This document shows positions 45,826 to 55,655 of a DNA stretch of 64,000 nucleotides, piece after piece. Below the pieces are notes generated by a model. The model saw nothing but the letters and a program-made list of their open reading frames with translations, did not search any database and was not told the origin of the DNA. The translations under genes were made by a program, and so were the position numbers. Source of the stretch: Oscillospiraceae bacterium (GTDB lineage: Bacteria; Bacillota; Clostridia; Oscillospirales; CAG-272); contig SVTB01000001.1 of the NCBI GenBank assembly GCA_015064015.1, positions 2,762 through 66,761 of the forward strand, given 5' to 3'. Every line of letters begins with the position of its first letter. The first letter of the stretch is position 1.

Positions 45826-48800
45826 ATGGCAGTATTCAATCCGCAATTTAAAATCAACCAAATGGCAAAGGATATGGGTCTGAAGAGCAAAGATCTGACA
45901 GAACTGTTGGCCGCCAAAGGTATTTCGGACGTCAAGACGCAGAAGTCTCTGTCCGAAAGAGAATTTAATTTGCTGTTATCCTCCCTCACCGAGGCCAATC
46001 AGGTAGACAATATCTACGATTACATGGATGGAGTCACCCGTATTCCCTCCAAGAAAGCCGCAGAAAAGGCCGCTAAGATGGCCGAAGAGAAGGCCGCTGC
46101 CGAAAAGGCCGCTGCTGAGAAAGCCGCCGCCGAAAAGGCTGCCGCTGAAAAGGCCGCCGCTGAGAAAGCTGCCGCCGAAAAGGCTGCCGCTGAAAAGGCC
46201 GCTGCCGAAAAAGCTGCCGCCGAAAAGGCTGCCGCTGAAAAGGCCGCTGCCGAAAAAGCCGCTGCTGAGAAGGCTGCCGCCGAAAGAGCCGCTGCTGAGA
46301 AGGCTGCTGCCGAAAAGGTTGCCGCCGAGAAGGCTGCCGCTGAAAAGGCTGCCGCCGAAAAAGCTGCCGCCGAGCGCGCCGCCGAGAAGGTCGCCGCGGA
46401 ACGTGCCGCCATCGAGCGCACCGCCAAGGCATTGGCCGCTCAGCGTCAAGCCACCAACCAAAACAATAAAACCAATGACCGCCGCCAGGATCGCCCCGCT
46501 CAGGATCGTCCCCGCAATAGTGAGACGCCCCGTACCCCTGCGGCCGGTGGACGTGATACCCGTCCCGCGCAAGGACAGGGGCAGAAAAACGATCGCTTTG
46601 CTCAGGCAGGTGCCGGCCGTCCCGATAACCGTCAGGACAGCCGTGACAGCCGTGATAATCGCGACAACCGCGATAGCCGCGATAATCGTAGCCAGCAGAA
46701 AAACGATCGGGCCCAGAATGCGCGTTCCGACTATCGTCAGGACAATCGCATGGATGGCCGTGAGCGCGGCGAGGACTACGTACCCAGCACACCCCGTGAG
46801 CGCTTCCAGGTGCAGGCCATTGTTCGTGAGCAGACCCCCAAGGGCGGTATCCAGCAGACCAAGCCCCGCGGTGCTACCCGTGTGGTTGACACCCGCTCTG
46901 CCGACAGCGTGGATCTCTCCAAGTATGATGAGCGTTTGGACTCTTTCGTGTCTGAGCGCGTACAGGATACCCACGGCGGAAGCCAGAAGATCGGCAAGAA
47001 GCCCGGTCAGCAAGCAAACGGCCGTCCCGGCTCCAAGAAGCAGCAGCCTCAGCCCATGATGAAGGGCGGCAAGCCCGTGCCCGGCAAGAAACAGGCACCC
47101 GTCAAGAAGCAGCCCCTTAACGTGGAAATTCCCGACGAGATCGTGGTCAGCGATTTGGCCGCCCGTCTCAAGGTTACGGTTGGCGAAGTCGTCAAGCGTC
47201 TCATGATGATGGGTATGATGGTCACCGTCAACCAAACCGTAGACTTTGACACCGCCGCCATCGTGGCAGACGAGCTTGGTGCTGTGGTTACCAAAGAAGT
47301 GGTGGTTACCATCGAAGAAAAGCTGTTTGACACCACCGAGGACACCGAGGATATGCTGAAGCCCCGCGCCCCCGTTGTGTGCGTCATGGGCCACGTTGAC
47401 CACGGTAAGACTTCCCTTTTGGACGCCATCCGTCACACCCACGTTACCGCAGGCGAGGCCGGCGGTATCACTCAGCACATCGGTGCTTACCGTGTGCAGA
47501 TCAATGACCAAGACATTACCTTCCTGGACACCCCCGGTCACGAGGCCTTCACCGCTATGCGTGCCCGCGGTGCTCAAGCAACCGATATCGCCATCCTTGT
47601 GGTAGCCGCAGACGATGGTATCATGCCTCAAACCGTTGAGGCAATCAACCACGCCAAGGCCGCAGGCATTGACATTATCGTGGCCATCAACAAGATGGAT
47701 AAGCCCGGTGCTGATCCCGAAAATATCAAGCAGGAGCTCACCAAATATGATCTCGTACCCGAAGAGTGGGGCGGCGACGTCATTTGCGTTCCCGTATCGG
47801 CTTTGACCCGTATGGGTATTGACGACCTGCTGGAAAATGTCCTTCTGGTAGCCGAGGTTAAGGAGCTCAAGGCCAACCCCGCAAGACGCGCCAAGGGTAT
47901 CGTCATCGAAGCCAAGCTGGATAAGGGCCGCGGCCCTGTTGCCACCGTTCTTGTACAGAACGGTACGCTGAAGAGCGGTGATATTGTCATCGCAGGCACC
48001 GCTGTGGGTCACGTCAGAGTAATGAGCGACCATAACGGCCGCACTGTTAAGGTAGCAGGCCCCTCCGTTCCTGTAGAAATTACCGGCCTTTCCGACGTGC
48101 CGGACGCAGGTGATGAGTTCGAGGCAGTTGTCGACGAGCGTATGGCTCGCGAACTGGCCGAACAGCGCCGCGCCAAAGCCAAGGAAGAGGTCTTTAAGGC
48201 CAACGCGAGAGCGAACCTGAACGATCTGTTCAGCCAGTTGAATGCGGGTATCAAGGATCTCAACATCATCGTTAAAGCGGACGTAGACGGTACGGTGGAA
48301 GCCGTGAAGGCTTCTCTCATGAAGCTGTCCAACGAAGAAGTCCGTGTCCGCGTAATCCACGCCGCTTGCGGCGGTATCACCGAGGGCGACGTCACCTTTG
48401 CCGCCGCCTCCAACGCCATCATCGTCGGATTTAACGTCCGTCCCGACCGTCAAGCTTTGGATTCTGCCGACAGACAGAATGTGGAAATCAGAACCTACCG
48501 TGTCATTTACGAGTGCCTGGAGGAAATCGAGGCCGCTATGAAGGGTATGCTGGCGCCCAAGTTCCGTGAGAATCTTTTGGGCCACGCCGAGGTTCGCCAG
48601 ACTATCCACGTGCCCAACGTGGGTACCATCGCCGGTTCTTATATCACCGACGGTAAGATCATCCGTTCCGCCCAGATCCGTATCGTCCGCGACGGTATCG
48701 TGATCTTTGAAGACAAGATCAGTTCTCTCCGCCGCTTCAAGGACGACGTCAAGGAAGTGGCCACCGGCTATGAGTGCGGTGTCGGTCTTGACCGCTTTAA

Positions 48801-48858
48801 CGACATCAAGGTCGGAGACGTACTGGAAGCCTTCGTCATGGAAGAAGTTCCTCAGTAA
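45826..48858 (+). CDS. infB: translation initiation factor IF-2
   Basis: ORF 45793.. trimmed to ATG 45826, with GGAGA upstream. G domain [26 protein letters not shown]. Long low-complexity N-terminal region. Confidence 0.95.
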   Translation: MAVFNPQFKINQMAKDMGLKSKDLTELLAAKGISDVKTQKSLSEREFNLLLSSLTEANQVDNIYDYMDGVTRIPSKKAAEKAAKMAEEKAAAEKAAAEKAAAEKAAAEKAAAEKAAAEKAAAEKAAAEKAAAEKAAAEKAAAEKAAAEKAAAERAAAEKAAAEKVAAEKAAAEKAAAEKAAAERAAEKVAAERAAIERTAKALAAQRQATNQNNKTNDRRQDRPAQDRPRNSETPRTPAAGGRDTRPAQGQGQKNDRFAQAGAGRPDNRQDSRDSRDNRDNRDSRDNRSQQKNDRAQNARSDYRQDNRMDGRERGEDYVPSTPRERFQVQAIVREQTPKGGIQQTKPRGATRVVDTRSADSVDLSKYDERLDSFVSERVQDTHGGSQKIGKKPGQQANGRPGSKKQQPQPMMKGGKPVPGKKQAPVKKQPLNVEIPDEIVVSDLAARLKVTVGEVVKRLMMMGMMVTVNQTVDFDTAAIVADELGAVVTKEVVVTIEEKLFDTTEDTEDMLKPRAPVVCVMGHVDHGKTSLLDAIRHTHVTAGEAGGITQHIGAYRVQINDQDITFLDTPGHEAFTAMRARGAQATDIAILVVAADDGIMPQTVEAINHAKAAGIDIIVAINKMDKPGADPENIKQELTKYDLVPEEWGGDVICVPVSALTRMGIDDLLENVLLVAEVKELKANPARRAKGIVIEAKLDKGRGPVATVLVQNGTLKSGDIVIAGTAVGHVRVMSDHNGRTVKVAGPSVPVEITGLSDVPDAGDEFEAVVDERMARELAEQRRAKAKEEVFKANARANLNDLFSQLNAGIKDLNIIVKADVDGTVEAVKASLMKLSNEEVRVRVIHAACGGITEGDVTFAAASNAIIVGFNVRPDRQALDSADRQNVEIRTYRVIYECLEEIEAAMKGMLAPKFRENLLGHAEVRQTIHVPNVGTIAGSYITDGKIIRSAQIRIVRDGIVIFEDKISSLRRFKDDVKEVATGYECGVGLDRFNDIKVGDVLEAFVMEEVPQ
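46057..46410 (+). repeat. in-frame 15-nt tandem repeat inside infB encoding (AAEKA)n
   Basis: About 23 consecutive units GCC GCT GCC GAA AAG with synonymous variation. Followed at about 46624-46695 by a DNR/DSR repeat ([18 protein letters not shown]). Confidence 0.9.
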
Positions 48859-48869
48859 GAGGAGTACCG

Positions 48870-48918
48870 CAAGGAACCTTTTTGAAAAAGGTTCCTTGAC
48901 CTCCCAAAACTTTTAAAC
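48870..48918 (+). repeat. palindrome-plus-tail intergenic repeat, copy C
   Basis: CAAGGAACCTTTTT g AAAAAGGTTCCTTG followed by the tail ACCTCCCAAAACTTTTAAAC. Begins 12 nt after the infB stop. Confidence 0.7.
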
Positions 48919-49072
48919 AGTTAAAGCAGGCCACAACCCCAAGTATGATTAAATTTTGGGATATATCAAGAGATGTGATGGATCTGCCGATCACATAGAT
49001 TCCCTACCCCATTTTGCTATTTAAGTATCATCAAAAACGAAAGAAAAGCCACCAAAGAAGGAGTGATGAAAA

Positions 49073-49501
49073 ATGGCAATCACCTATGAAAAATCTTGTG
49101 GAGCCTTGGTATTCCGCCAAGACCCCAAAACAGGACGCTTGTACATACTCATGATCCGCCACAAGCATGGCGGCCATCGCTCTTTCCCTAAGGGACACGT
49201 AGAGGCGGGGGAAACCGAACACCAGACGGCCATCCGCGAGGTGGAGGAAGAAACCGCTGTGAAGATCCGCATCACCTCGGATTTCTCCGAGAAGGTACAC
49301 TACAGCCCCATGCCGGGTGTGCGTAAGGAAGTCGTCTACTTCTTAGCGTTGACGGATCAGAAGCATACCAGACCCCGCGACGGTGAGATCGCCGATGTCA
49401 GCTGGGTACCTGCGGAAAATGCCGAACATTCCCTCACCCATGAAAATGACAAAATCGTTTTCCGTGCCGCCATGGCCAAGCTCAACGAAATGATTTCCTG
49501 A
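49073..49501 (+). CDS. NUDIX hydrolase
   Basis: 142 aa. Nudix box GHVEAGETEHQTAIREVEEETAV. Confidence 0.88.
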   Translation: MAITYEKSCGALVFRQDPKTGRLYILMIRHKHGGHRSFPKGHVEAGETEHQTAIREVEEETAVKIRITSDFSEKVHYSPMPGVRKEVVYFLALTDQKHTRPRDGEIADVSWVPAENAEHSLTHENDKIVFRAAMAKLNEMIS

Positions 49502-49516
49502 GCGCCTACATACGAA

Positions 49517-49557
49517 AGAAATCCCCGACGACATATCTCGTCGGGGATTTTGCTTTG
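49517..49557. terminator. bidirectional intrinsic terminator between convergent genes
   Basis: Stem AAATCCCCGACGA catatc TCGTCGGGGATTT, with A-rich sequence on the left and TTTGCTTTG on the right. Lies between stops 49501 (+) and 49590 (-). Confidence 0.85.
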
Positions 49558-49589
49558 TCTTCACTTGGCGTTGATATCAGGAATCATCC

Positions 49590-50027
49590 TTACTTGCCAT
49601 TGACATAGCCGCGTCGACCGCGCATACCTGTACCCGTGCCGGGTGCCGTCGTTGCGGCGGAGGTGCTTGTCTCCACGCGGCTTTCTGCCTCAGTGCCGGG
49701 CATTGTGCCGATACCGGGCATGGTGGCCGTACCGCTCTGCTGTTCGCCTGCGGTAGGCATTTCCGTGACCTTCTCGGTCACCTTCTCCGTGCGCTTTTCG
49801 GTAGCCTTATCGGTAGGGGAGGAAGTGACAGACCCCACGTTGCTGTCTGCAACGGTGCCATCATTTTTCTCGGGCCCACCCGTGCAGGATGCACAGGAAA
49901 CCAAAAGGGATACCGCCATGGCGCAGAGAAGCCCTGTGTTCCAAAAGATCAGCCATCTGCGATGGGGCTTTTGGGCGCTGTGGGTGCTTTTCTTGTTTGC
50001 GTTCATTCGTATGACCATACCTTTCAT
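49590..50027 (-). CDS. small low-complexity lipoprotein (145 aa)
   Basis: Signal/lipobox LLCAMAVSLLVSCASC. The mature part is T/E/K/G-rich (TEKRTEKVTEKVTEMPT). The exact start is uncertain (three in-frame Met in the first 8 codons). Confidence 0.5.
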   Translation of the reverse strand: MKGMVIRMNANKKSTHSAQKPHRRWLIFWNTGLLCAMAVSLLVSCASCTGGPEKNDGTVADSNVGSVTSSPTDKATEKRTEKVTEKVTEMPTAGEQQSGTATMPGIGTMPGTEAESRVETSTSAATTAPGTGTGMRGRRGYVNGK

Positions 50028-50437
50028 GCCTGTATCCCACGCAAAATTCTCGGATGATCCAAAACTTTTCGTAGCATCCGAGCATAAGCGTGGATCTCCA
50101 ACCGAGTCACAGCGTCACCCTCGGCTCCATGAAGACCGATGCTGATGTTGCCGCCCTATGCTTCATCGACACAATACCTTTGTGCGAAGTATACGCGGCG
50201 TACTGCTGATGTGCGAACCGATGCGCCTGTCCGAAGTACGGAACGTCCCGACGCTCAAGTGATTTTGTGGCTCTGTGCATAGTATGTCGCGCTTTCCTTG
50301 GGTTACACGAGGAAAATTTTGAGTTTTTAACGCAAAGATCGAAATATATGATATTTGGCCATCTCTAAAAACCCTCTCACTGATAAATCGGCGGCACTTT
50401 CCTTTGAATTTTCAAAAATTTTGAAAGGGGTATGAGA

Positions 50438-50474
50438 AAAGGCACCCACCTGCAAGGGGCAGATGGGTGCCTTT
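50438..50474 (-). terminator. terminator after the CBM9-like surface protein gene
   Basis: Minus strand reads AAAGGCACCCATCTGC cccttg? GCAGGTGGGTGCCTTT (16-bp arms, 1 mismatch) followed by TCTCAT and a family-like tail CCCCTTTCAAAATTTTTGAAAATTC. Confidence 0.65.
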
Positions 50475-50501
50475 GATTAGGTTGTTATGTAAGATACAGG
50501 A

Positions 50502-51713
50502 TTAGTCCTTCTTCTTCAGAACAACAGCTGCAGCTGCTGCGGACAAGATCACTGCCACGGCGCCAAAGCCGATAACGCTACCGCAACCGCCGTCCTCAGT
50601 GGGCTTCTCGTTGTTAGCGGGAGCCTGAGTAGGAGCCTCGGTGGGAGCATCGGTAGGAGCATCGGTGGGAGCGTCGGTAGGAGCTGCGGTGGGAGCCTCA
50701 GTGGGTTCCTCAGTGGGTTCCTCGGGAGCCTCGGTGTGAGGAGGAGGAGTCTCGCTGGCAGCGTACACCTTGATGAACTCGCAGGTGAACTCCAGATCGG
50801 GATCGTAGGGGAGCTCGAGGTACATACCGTTGTCAGCGGGAGCCCAGGTAACCTCAGGGGTTACACCGGCTTCCTGAGCCTTCAGAGTACCTGCAGCCCA
50901 CAGAACTTCACCACCGGTGGTGGCACGGTCGAGGTAGTACAGAGCGCAGTTAACTTCCAGGGGGTCGCCCTCCCAAACGTCGCAAACGTAACCGTCAGCA
51001 AAGCCTCTCCATGCGAAGTCATGGTACAGCTTGGACCAAGCAAGTGCGAACTCTGCGCACCAGCCGGCCTCGGTCTTAGCGGTGGTACCCTTAACCAGGG
51101 TCACGCCGGGCAGATCCTCGTCCTCGGATTCCTCGGTGATAACGCCGTCGTCATCGTTGTGCTGGATCATAATCTGAATGGGAGTAGGATCCTCGCCCAG
51201 AGGAGAGAAGGAGTAGAAGATGCACTGCTGGTTGGAAGAGAACAGATCGGGATCTGCCTCGATAGCCTTACCCAGAGCACGGTCGAAGTCGATGGAGATC
51301 TGGAAAGCGTCGCCGTTGTAGCCGGCTGCGTTGTTAGAAATAGCAACAGCAGGATCGGTTACGTAGAAGCCGATGTACAGGAAATCCTTATCGGCTACGA
51401 AGTAAGACTGGATACCCCAGTTCTCGGGGATACCACCAGCCTGGTTGTCAGCGGTACCGCCAACCCAGGAGATCATCTGGCTGGGACCGATGGGGGTGAG
51501 GTTGTAACCGGCCTCTACCCAGTCGTTCATATCGCCGTCGGAGAGATCCAGCTTCTCGGAAGCTTGGGTATCCCACTCGATGGTGATACGGCCAACGGTA
51601 GAGAAGTTCTCCTCAGAACCGCCGCAGTAGAAACCGGGAGTAGCGGATGCGAAAACAACGCTCAGAGAGAGCAGCATAACTACGCTCAGAGCAATCGCAA
51701 GAATCTTTTTCAT
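50502..51713 (-). CDS. secreted CBM9/DOMON-like surface protein with a PT-rich linker and GGC-TM-KKK C-terminal tail
   Basis: ORF trimmed to ATG 51713, with GGAGG 8 nt upstream. Signal peptide MKKILAIALSVVMLLSLSVVFASA. DKDFLYIGFYVTD and GDAFQISIDF suggest a carbohydrate-binding beta-sandwich. Linker EAPEEPTEEPTEAPTAAPTDAPTDAPTDAPTEAPT. Tail EDGGCGSVIGFGAVAVILSAAAAAVVLKKKD. Confidence 0.8.
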   Translation of the reverse strand: MKKILAIALSVVMLLSLSVVFASATPGFYCGGSEENFSTVGRITIEWDTQASEKLDLSDGDMNDWVEAGYNLTPIGPSQMISWVGGTADNQAGGIPENWGIQSYFVADKDFLYIGFYVTDPAVAISNNAAGYNGDAFQISIDFDRALGKAIEADPDLFSSNQQCIFYSFSPLGEDPTPIQIMIQHNDDDGVITEESEDEDLPGVTLVKGTTAKTEAGWCAEFALAWSKLYHDFAWRGFADGYVCDVWEGDPLEVNCALYYLDRATTGGEVLWAAGTLKAQEAGVTPEVTWAPADNGMYLELPYDPDLEFTCEFIKVYAASETPPPHTEAPEEPTEEPTEAPTAAPTDAPTDAPTDAPTEAPTQAPANNEKPTEDGGCGSVIGFGAVAVILSAAAAAVVLKKKD

Positions 51714-51884
51714 TGTTTTTTCCTCCATAGAAAATTAAATGGAAATAAAACTATCCCCCCCTTGAGGATAGTTATTCACATTCATTATCATACACCAAAA
51801 TTATGAACGGCGTGACACAAATTTGTAAATATAGTTAAACGAAACCGCGAAATCAACAAAAAAATTGATATTTTTATATAGAAT

Positions 51885-51921
51885 ACACAAAAATCCCCTG
51901 CCGAAAATCTCGGCAGGGGAT
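51885..51921 (-). terminator. intrinsic terminator after the GLUG-type lipoprotein gene
   Basis: Minus strand reads ATCCCCTGCCGA gattt TCGGCAGGGGAT followed by TTTTGTGT, 15 nt after the stop at 51936. Confidence 0.8.
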
Positions 51922-51935
51922 AAGGGCAAGAAGGA

Positions 51936-53090
51936 TCAAGCGCCTGCGGCGGCTTCCTCGCGGGTCCAGGAACGGAACTCAGCGGGGGTATACTCAGCGT
52001 TTTCAGCGCTCCAGTCAAAGAAGCTGATGCTGGAGTAGGTGTTGCCCGTCTCTACGCAGAAGTCGATGTTGTCACCCCAGTTGGCTGCATTATAGAACAC
52101 GGACACGAACTTACGAGGCATATCCACGGTGTAGGAGGCGGCCAGGCAGTAGGAGAAGGTCATCTCGGCGTTGTTGACCACGCACTCCTCAAAGCTGTAC
52201 TCGTCCACCATGCCGGTAGCATCATAACCAAGAATACCTGCCAGGTTGTGGAAACCGGAGAGCTTAATGTTCTCAACGGTGCACTGATAGAAGGTAGCAG
52301 GGCCCCAAGCGGCACCCATGATACCGGCCACGCGGAAAGCGATGGGACGGCCACCGTTGGCGGGATCGGTATTGTTGTAGTCCATCCAACCGTTGACGGT
52401 GAAGTTGGTAACCTTTACGTTGGTGAAATCGCAAGAGGCACCGTTCCAGCTCTTACCTACCAGGCAGCCTACGTGACGCTCGTTGGCATCGATGGTGCAG
52501 TTGTCAAAGGTGATATCCTCAAAGTAAAGAGCATCCAGCGCAACGCCCACAAAGCCGGCGCCGATTTGATCCTCGGGGATCGTCTCGCAAGCCTCGTTGT
52601 AGTTGATGTACATATTGGAGATGGTGTGGCCGTTGCCATCGAAGGTGGTACCGCCCAGGCAGTAGCCATCCAGAGGCTGCCAGGTATAGCCGGTCAGGTC
52701 AATGTCATCCAGGAAAACGACGGTCATATCAAAGAAGACCTCGCCATCCTCGTTGATGGCCTTGTTGAATGCCATCAAATCTTCGGCAGTACGGATCACC
52801 ACATAGTATGCGGGATCGTACTCATCGTCACCGCCAAGGGTGTTGTCGGTGTTTTCCTCACCGTCTTCGGTGGGGGTTTCTACGGGAGCGTCGGTAGTCT
52901 CCTCGGTGGGAGCCTCGGTAACTTCCTCGGTGGGGGCCTCGGTAACTTCCTCGGTAGGAGCATTGGTGGGAGTGTTGACGGGTGCCTTGGTACCCTCGCC
53001 ACCGGACTCGCCGCCGTCACAAGCGACGAAAGTCAGCACGCAGGTGAGAGCCAATACCAAGCAAATCAGCATAGCGCGAATGTTTTTCAT
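51936..53090 (-). CDS. lipoprotein with an N-terminal PT-rich linker and a GLUG-like beta-helix domain
   Basis: ORF trimmed to ATG 53090. Lipobox TFVACDG. Linker NAPTEEVTEAPTEEVTEAPTEETTDAPVETPTE. DDIDLTGYTWQPL..FDGNGHTISN..IGAGFVG is paralogous to the C-terminal half of the 27729..29075 product. Confidence 0.8.
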   Translation of the reverse strand: MKNIRAMLICLVLALTCVLTFVACDGGESGGEGTKAPVNTPTNAPTEEVTEAPTEEVTEAPTEETTDAPVETPTEDGEENTDNTLGGDDEYDPAYYVVIRTAEDLMAFNKAINEDGEVFFDMTVVFLDDIDLTGYTWQPLDGYCLGGTTFDGNGHTISNMYINYNEACETIPEDQIGAGFVGVALDALYFEDITFDNCTIDANERHVGCLVGKSWNGASCDFTNVKVTNFTVNGWMDYNNTDPANGGRPIAFRVAGIMGAAWGPATFYQCTVENIKLSGFHNLAGILGYDATGMVDEYSFEECVVNNAEMTFSYCLAASYTVDMPRKFVSVFYNAANWGDNIDFCVETGNTYSSISFFDWSAENAEYTPAEFRSWTREEAAAGA

Positions 53091-53132
53091 GATGTTACTT
53101 TTCCTTTCTGGAATATAAATATGGTCGGATAT

Positions 53133-53161
53133 ATTGTATCTCATTTTTCTCGCTTTGTCAA
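53133..53161 (-). promoter_or_regulatory. sigma-A type promoter of the GLUG-type lipoprotein gene
   Basis: Minus strand reads TTGACA, 17 nt, TACAAT, about 43 nt upstream of ATG 53090. Confidence 0.65.
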
Positions 53162-53196
53162 GAGCGCAAGGAAAAAATTCGCATACTCTTTACGAT

Positions 53197-54555
53197 TCAT
53201 TCACCCAGCATGATGCGAATGATCTCTCTGTCGGTGCCGCTCATACCGTCGCGGGCCAATCGCCCCACGTTGCGGATGGTGTTCTCCACGCCCTTGGTCA
53301 CGATACCATCGCCGCCGTAGAACTGGTGACCCGATTTCATCATCTCATAGCCCATGATACCCGCCTCCACCGCCATGGCGATCTTAGCGGCGCAGGAAGG
53401 CTTGGCACCGTCACAAATGGTGCCTGACAGAATGGCAATAGCGTTGACCAGCGTATGCGCGATCTCGTAATAACGACCGCCCTGGAGATAACAGATACCC
53501 GCACCGCATCCGCATCCCGCGCTGATGGCGCCGCAATAGGCCGAAAGACAGCCGATGCCCGTCTTTTGATGGATGGTGATGAGGGAAGAAACCAACAGGC
53601 CTCGCAGGATGGTATCTTCATCCAAGCCCATGGCTCGGCCGTAGATCACGACAGGCACCGAGGCCGTGATGCCTTGGTTGCCGCTGCCCGACAAAATACA
53701 CACAGGCATCTCACAGCCGCTCATACGGGCATCAGAGCCTGCGGCGGCATACGCGCGCGCCTTGTTGCGTAGGCTGATGGGATCGAGTCGGTTTCCGTTG
53801 TCCTCATTGACATACGCGCCGTAGAGCAAACGTCCGATGGCAGCGCCCCATTCGTTTTGGACGCCTTCTTCCGCGATGGCCATGTTCATGTCCATTTGAC
53901 GTTTCAGAAGAGGTTTAAGCTCTGAAAGGTCTACCTCGTCGGCAAAGGCCACGATGTTTTTGACCGTCAAAAGCTCTCTTGCGGCGGCGTGGGCGCAATC
54001 ATCGTCCTCCGTCGCCGTGTCACAAGGTGGCATCAAGGCACCGCCTACTGCTCCCTTATGAGTGTACACCGCAGTGAGATCCTCACCGTTGCGGGTAACG
54101 GCGGCAATATTGGTATGGCGGCGCACCAAATGCACCGAGGCAACACTTTCGTGATGATATCCCGTCAAAATCACTTCAAAGGGATGGGGCGTATCCAATT
54201 CTGTGAGTTGCATCGGTGTGTTTTCCATGTAATCCGCGATAGCGGCATGATCATCGGGAGTGAGACACCCCAAGACCTCCAGCTTTTTGTCGGGTCTGCC
54301 CGAAATAATCCCTGCCGCGACCGCCGCAGAAATGCCGTGCATTCCGCCCGTGGCAGGAACGATAACGGATTTAACATTCTTGATGATGTTACCGCTGAGG
54401 GCCACGTCCAATTTTTCAGGGCGATGACCTAGGGCATGGCGCAAAATCGCGGCGGCGTAGGCGATGGCGATGGGCTCGGTACAGCCCATCGCAGGCACCA
54501 ACTCTTCTTTCAGAATGTTCGTGTAGGTAATGACGATGCTTTGATCCAATGGCAT
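53197..54555 (-). CDS. L-cysteine desulfidase family protein (UPF0597/YhaM-like, serine dehydratase alpha-like fold)
   Basis: 452 aa. N-terminal VPAMGCTEPIAIAYAAA and SGSGNQG motifs are typical of the UPF0597 family. Confidence 0.85.
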   Translation of the reverse strand: MPLDQSIVITYTNILKEELVPAMGCTEPIAIAYAAAILRHALGHRPEKLDVALSGNIIKNVKSVIVPATGGMHGISAAVAAGIISGRPDKKLEVLGCLTPDDHAAIADYMENTPMQLTELDTPHPFEVILTGYHHESVASVHLVRRHTNIAAVTRNGEDLTAVYTHKGAVGGALMPPCDTATEDDDCAHAAARELLTVKNIVAFADEVDLSELKPLLKRQMDMNMAIAEEGVQNEWGAAIGRLLYGAYVNEDNGNRLDPISLRNKARAYAAAGSDARMSGCEMPVCILSGSGNQGITASVPVVIYGRAMGLDEDTILRGLLVSSLITIHQKTGIGCLSAYCGAISAGCGCGAGICYLQGGRYYEIAHTLVNAIAILSGTICDGAKPSCAAKIAMAVEAGIMGYEMMKSGHQFYGGDGIVTKGVENTIRNVGRLARDGMSGTDREIIRIMLGE

Positions 54556-54647
54556 GGTGAAATTCCTTTATGTATATTTTAAGTCAAGCTCTTTTCAAGG
54601 ACCTGAACGGCGTTGAGATCTTTGAAAAAAGCTTCATCACCTAATGT

Positions 54648-54702
54648 GTTTTTCAAGTTCTTGAGGGGGGCATGGGGGAACCTCTTTCAAGAAGTTCCCC
54701 CA
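54648..54702 (-). repeat. palindrome-plus-tail intergenic repeat, copy B
   Basis: Minus strand reads TGGGGGAAC ttcttgaaagag GTTCCCCCA followed by the tail TGCCCCCCTCAAGAACTTGAAAAA. Begins 9 nt after the stop at 54711. Confidence 0.65.
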
Positions 54703-54710
54703 AAAAAATC

Positions 54711-55439
54711 TTACTCCTGTGCCTTCAGGAAATCAATGCAGCGCTTGACTTCTTCGAGGCCGGTGGGATCGAGGCCTTCGCTCTCCACCACCATGCGGAT
54801 ATTCTGCTTGATGGCATACTCACGAACCTTGAGGACAGGGGCTTCACCCTGACCGAGGGATTTGCCCTGACCGCCCTTAAAGCCGTCCTTCAGGTGGATG
54901 ACCTTGACACGGCCGGAGAGGCGCTTCAGGGTTTCCACGGGGTCGATACCCGCATTAAACGCCCAGAAGGTGTCGATCTCGAAATCAAAAGTACCCCGCT
55001 TTTCCAGCTCGGAGTGGATGGTGGAGCCCCAAGGCATGACCACAAACTCATGGCTGTGGTTGTGGTAGCCAAGGGAAATACCCTCCTCTGCCAAGCGAAG
55101 CTGTGCCTTATTCATGACAGCACAGAAGTCGATGATCTTATCCAGGGTGGAAAGATCCGCGCCGGGGATGATGTAATTGGGGTTGCCGATGGTTTTGTGG
55201 TAGGCGATGGTAGCCTCGATGTTCTCGGGGAGCAGTTCTACCCAGCCGGAGTGAGTGCCGCTGCACTTCAGTCCGTATTTGTCCTGCCACTCCTTGACCT
55301 GCTCGGCAGAGTGGCCGAAGAAGCCTGCGTACTCCACGTACTTGTAGCCCATCTCGGAAACTGCCTTGAGAGTGCCTTCCAGATCCTTGTCCGTAACGTC
55401 TCTGACGCTGAAAAGTTGAAGTCCGTATTCGATTGCCAT
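54711..55439 (-). CDS. sugar phosphate isomerase/epimerase (xylose isomerase-like TIM barrel)
   Basis: 242 aa. LQLFSVRD..MGYKYVEYAGFF..VIHLKDG pattern of the AP_endonuc_2 family. Confidence 0.85.
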   Translation of the reverse strand: MAIEYGLQLFSVRDVTDKDLEGTLKAVSEMGYKYVEYAGFFGHSAEQVKEWQDKYGLKCSGTHSGWVELLPENIEATIAYHKTIGNPNYIIPGADLSTLDKIIDFCAVMNKAQLRLAEEGISLGYHNHSHEFVVMPWGSTIHSELEKRGTFDFEIDTFWAFNAGIDPVETLKRLSGRVKVIHLKDGFKGGQGKSLGQGEAPVLKVREYAIKQNIRMVVESEGLDPTGLEEVKRCIDFLKAQE

Positions 55440-55462
55440 GTTTTTTCTCCTTTATTTTTTTG

Positions 55463-55520
55463 CCAAAGGAAACTTTTTGAAAAAAGTTTCCTTTGGAATC
55501 CTTCAAAAACTTTTAAATTG
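55463..55520 (+). repeat. palindrome-plus-tail intergenic repeat, copy D
   Basis: CCAAAGGAAACTTTTT ga AAAAAGTTTCCTTTGG (perfect 16-bp arms) followed by the tail AATCCTTCAAAAACTTTTAAATTG. Confidence 0.75.
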
Positions 55521-55655
55521 TAAAACTAAAATGTGCCCGAAAGAGAAATAAAGCTTTCAGAGGTATGGTCGAGGGAAATGATCGAATCGTACAAGCATAT
55601 CACCCGACCACATGGGGCCCCTGCCCCATTCTGATATTTTGGACACGCAAGAACC

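Noticed and set aside
46057-46410. Regular 15-nt periodic repeats that could be mistaken for a CRISPR or minisatellite locus.
   Set aside because: There are no spacers, the period is far too short, and the repeat is in frame inside infB, encoding (AAEKA)n.
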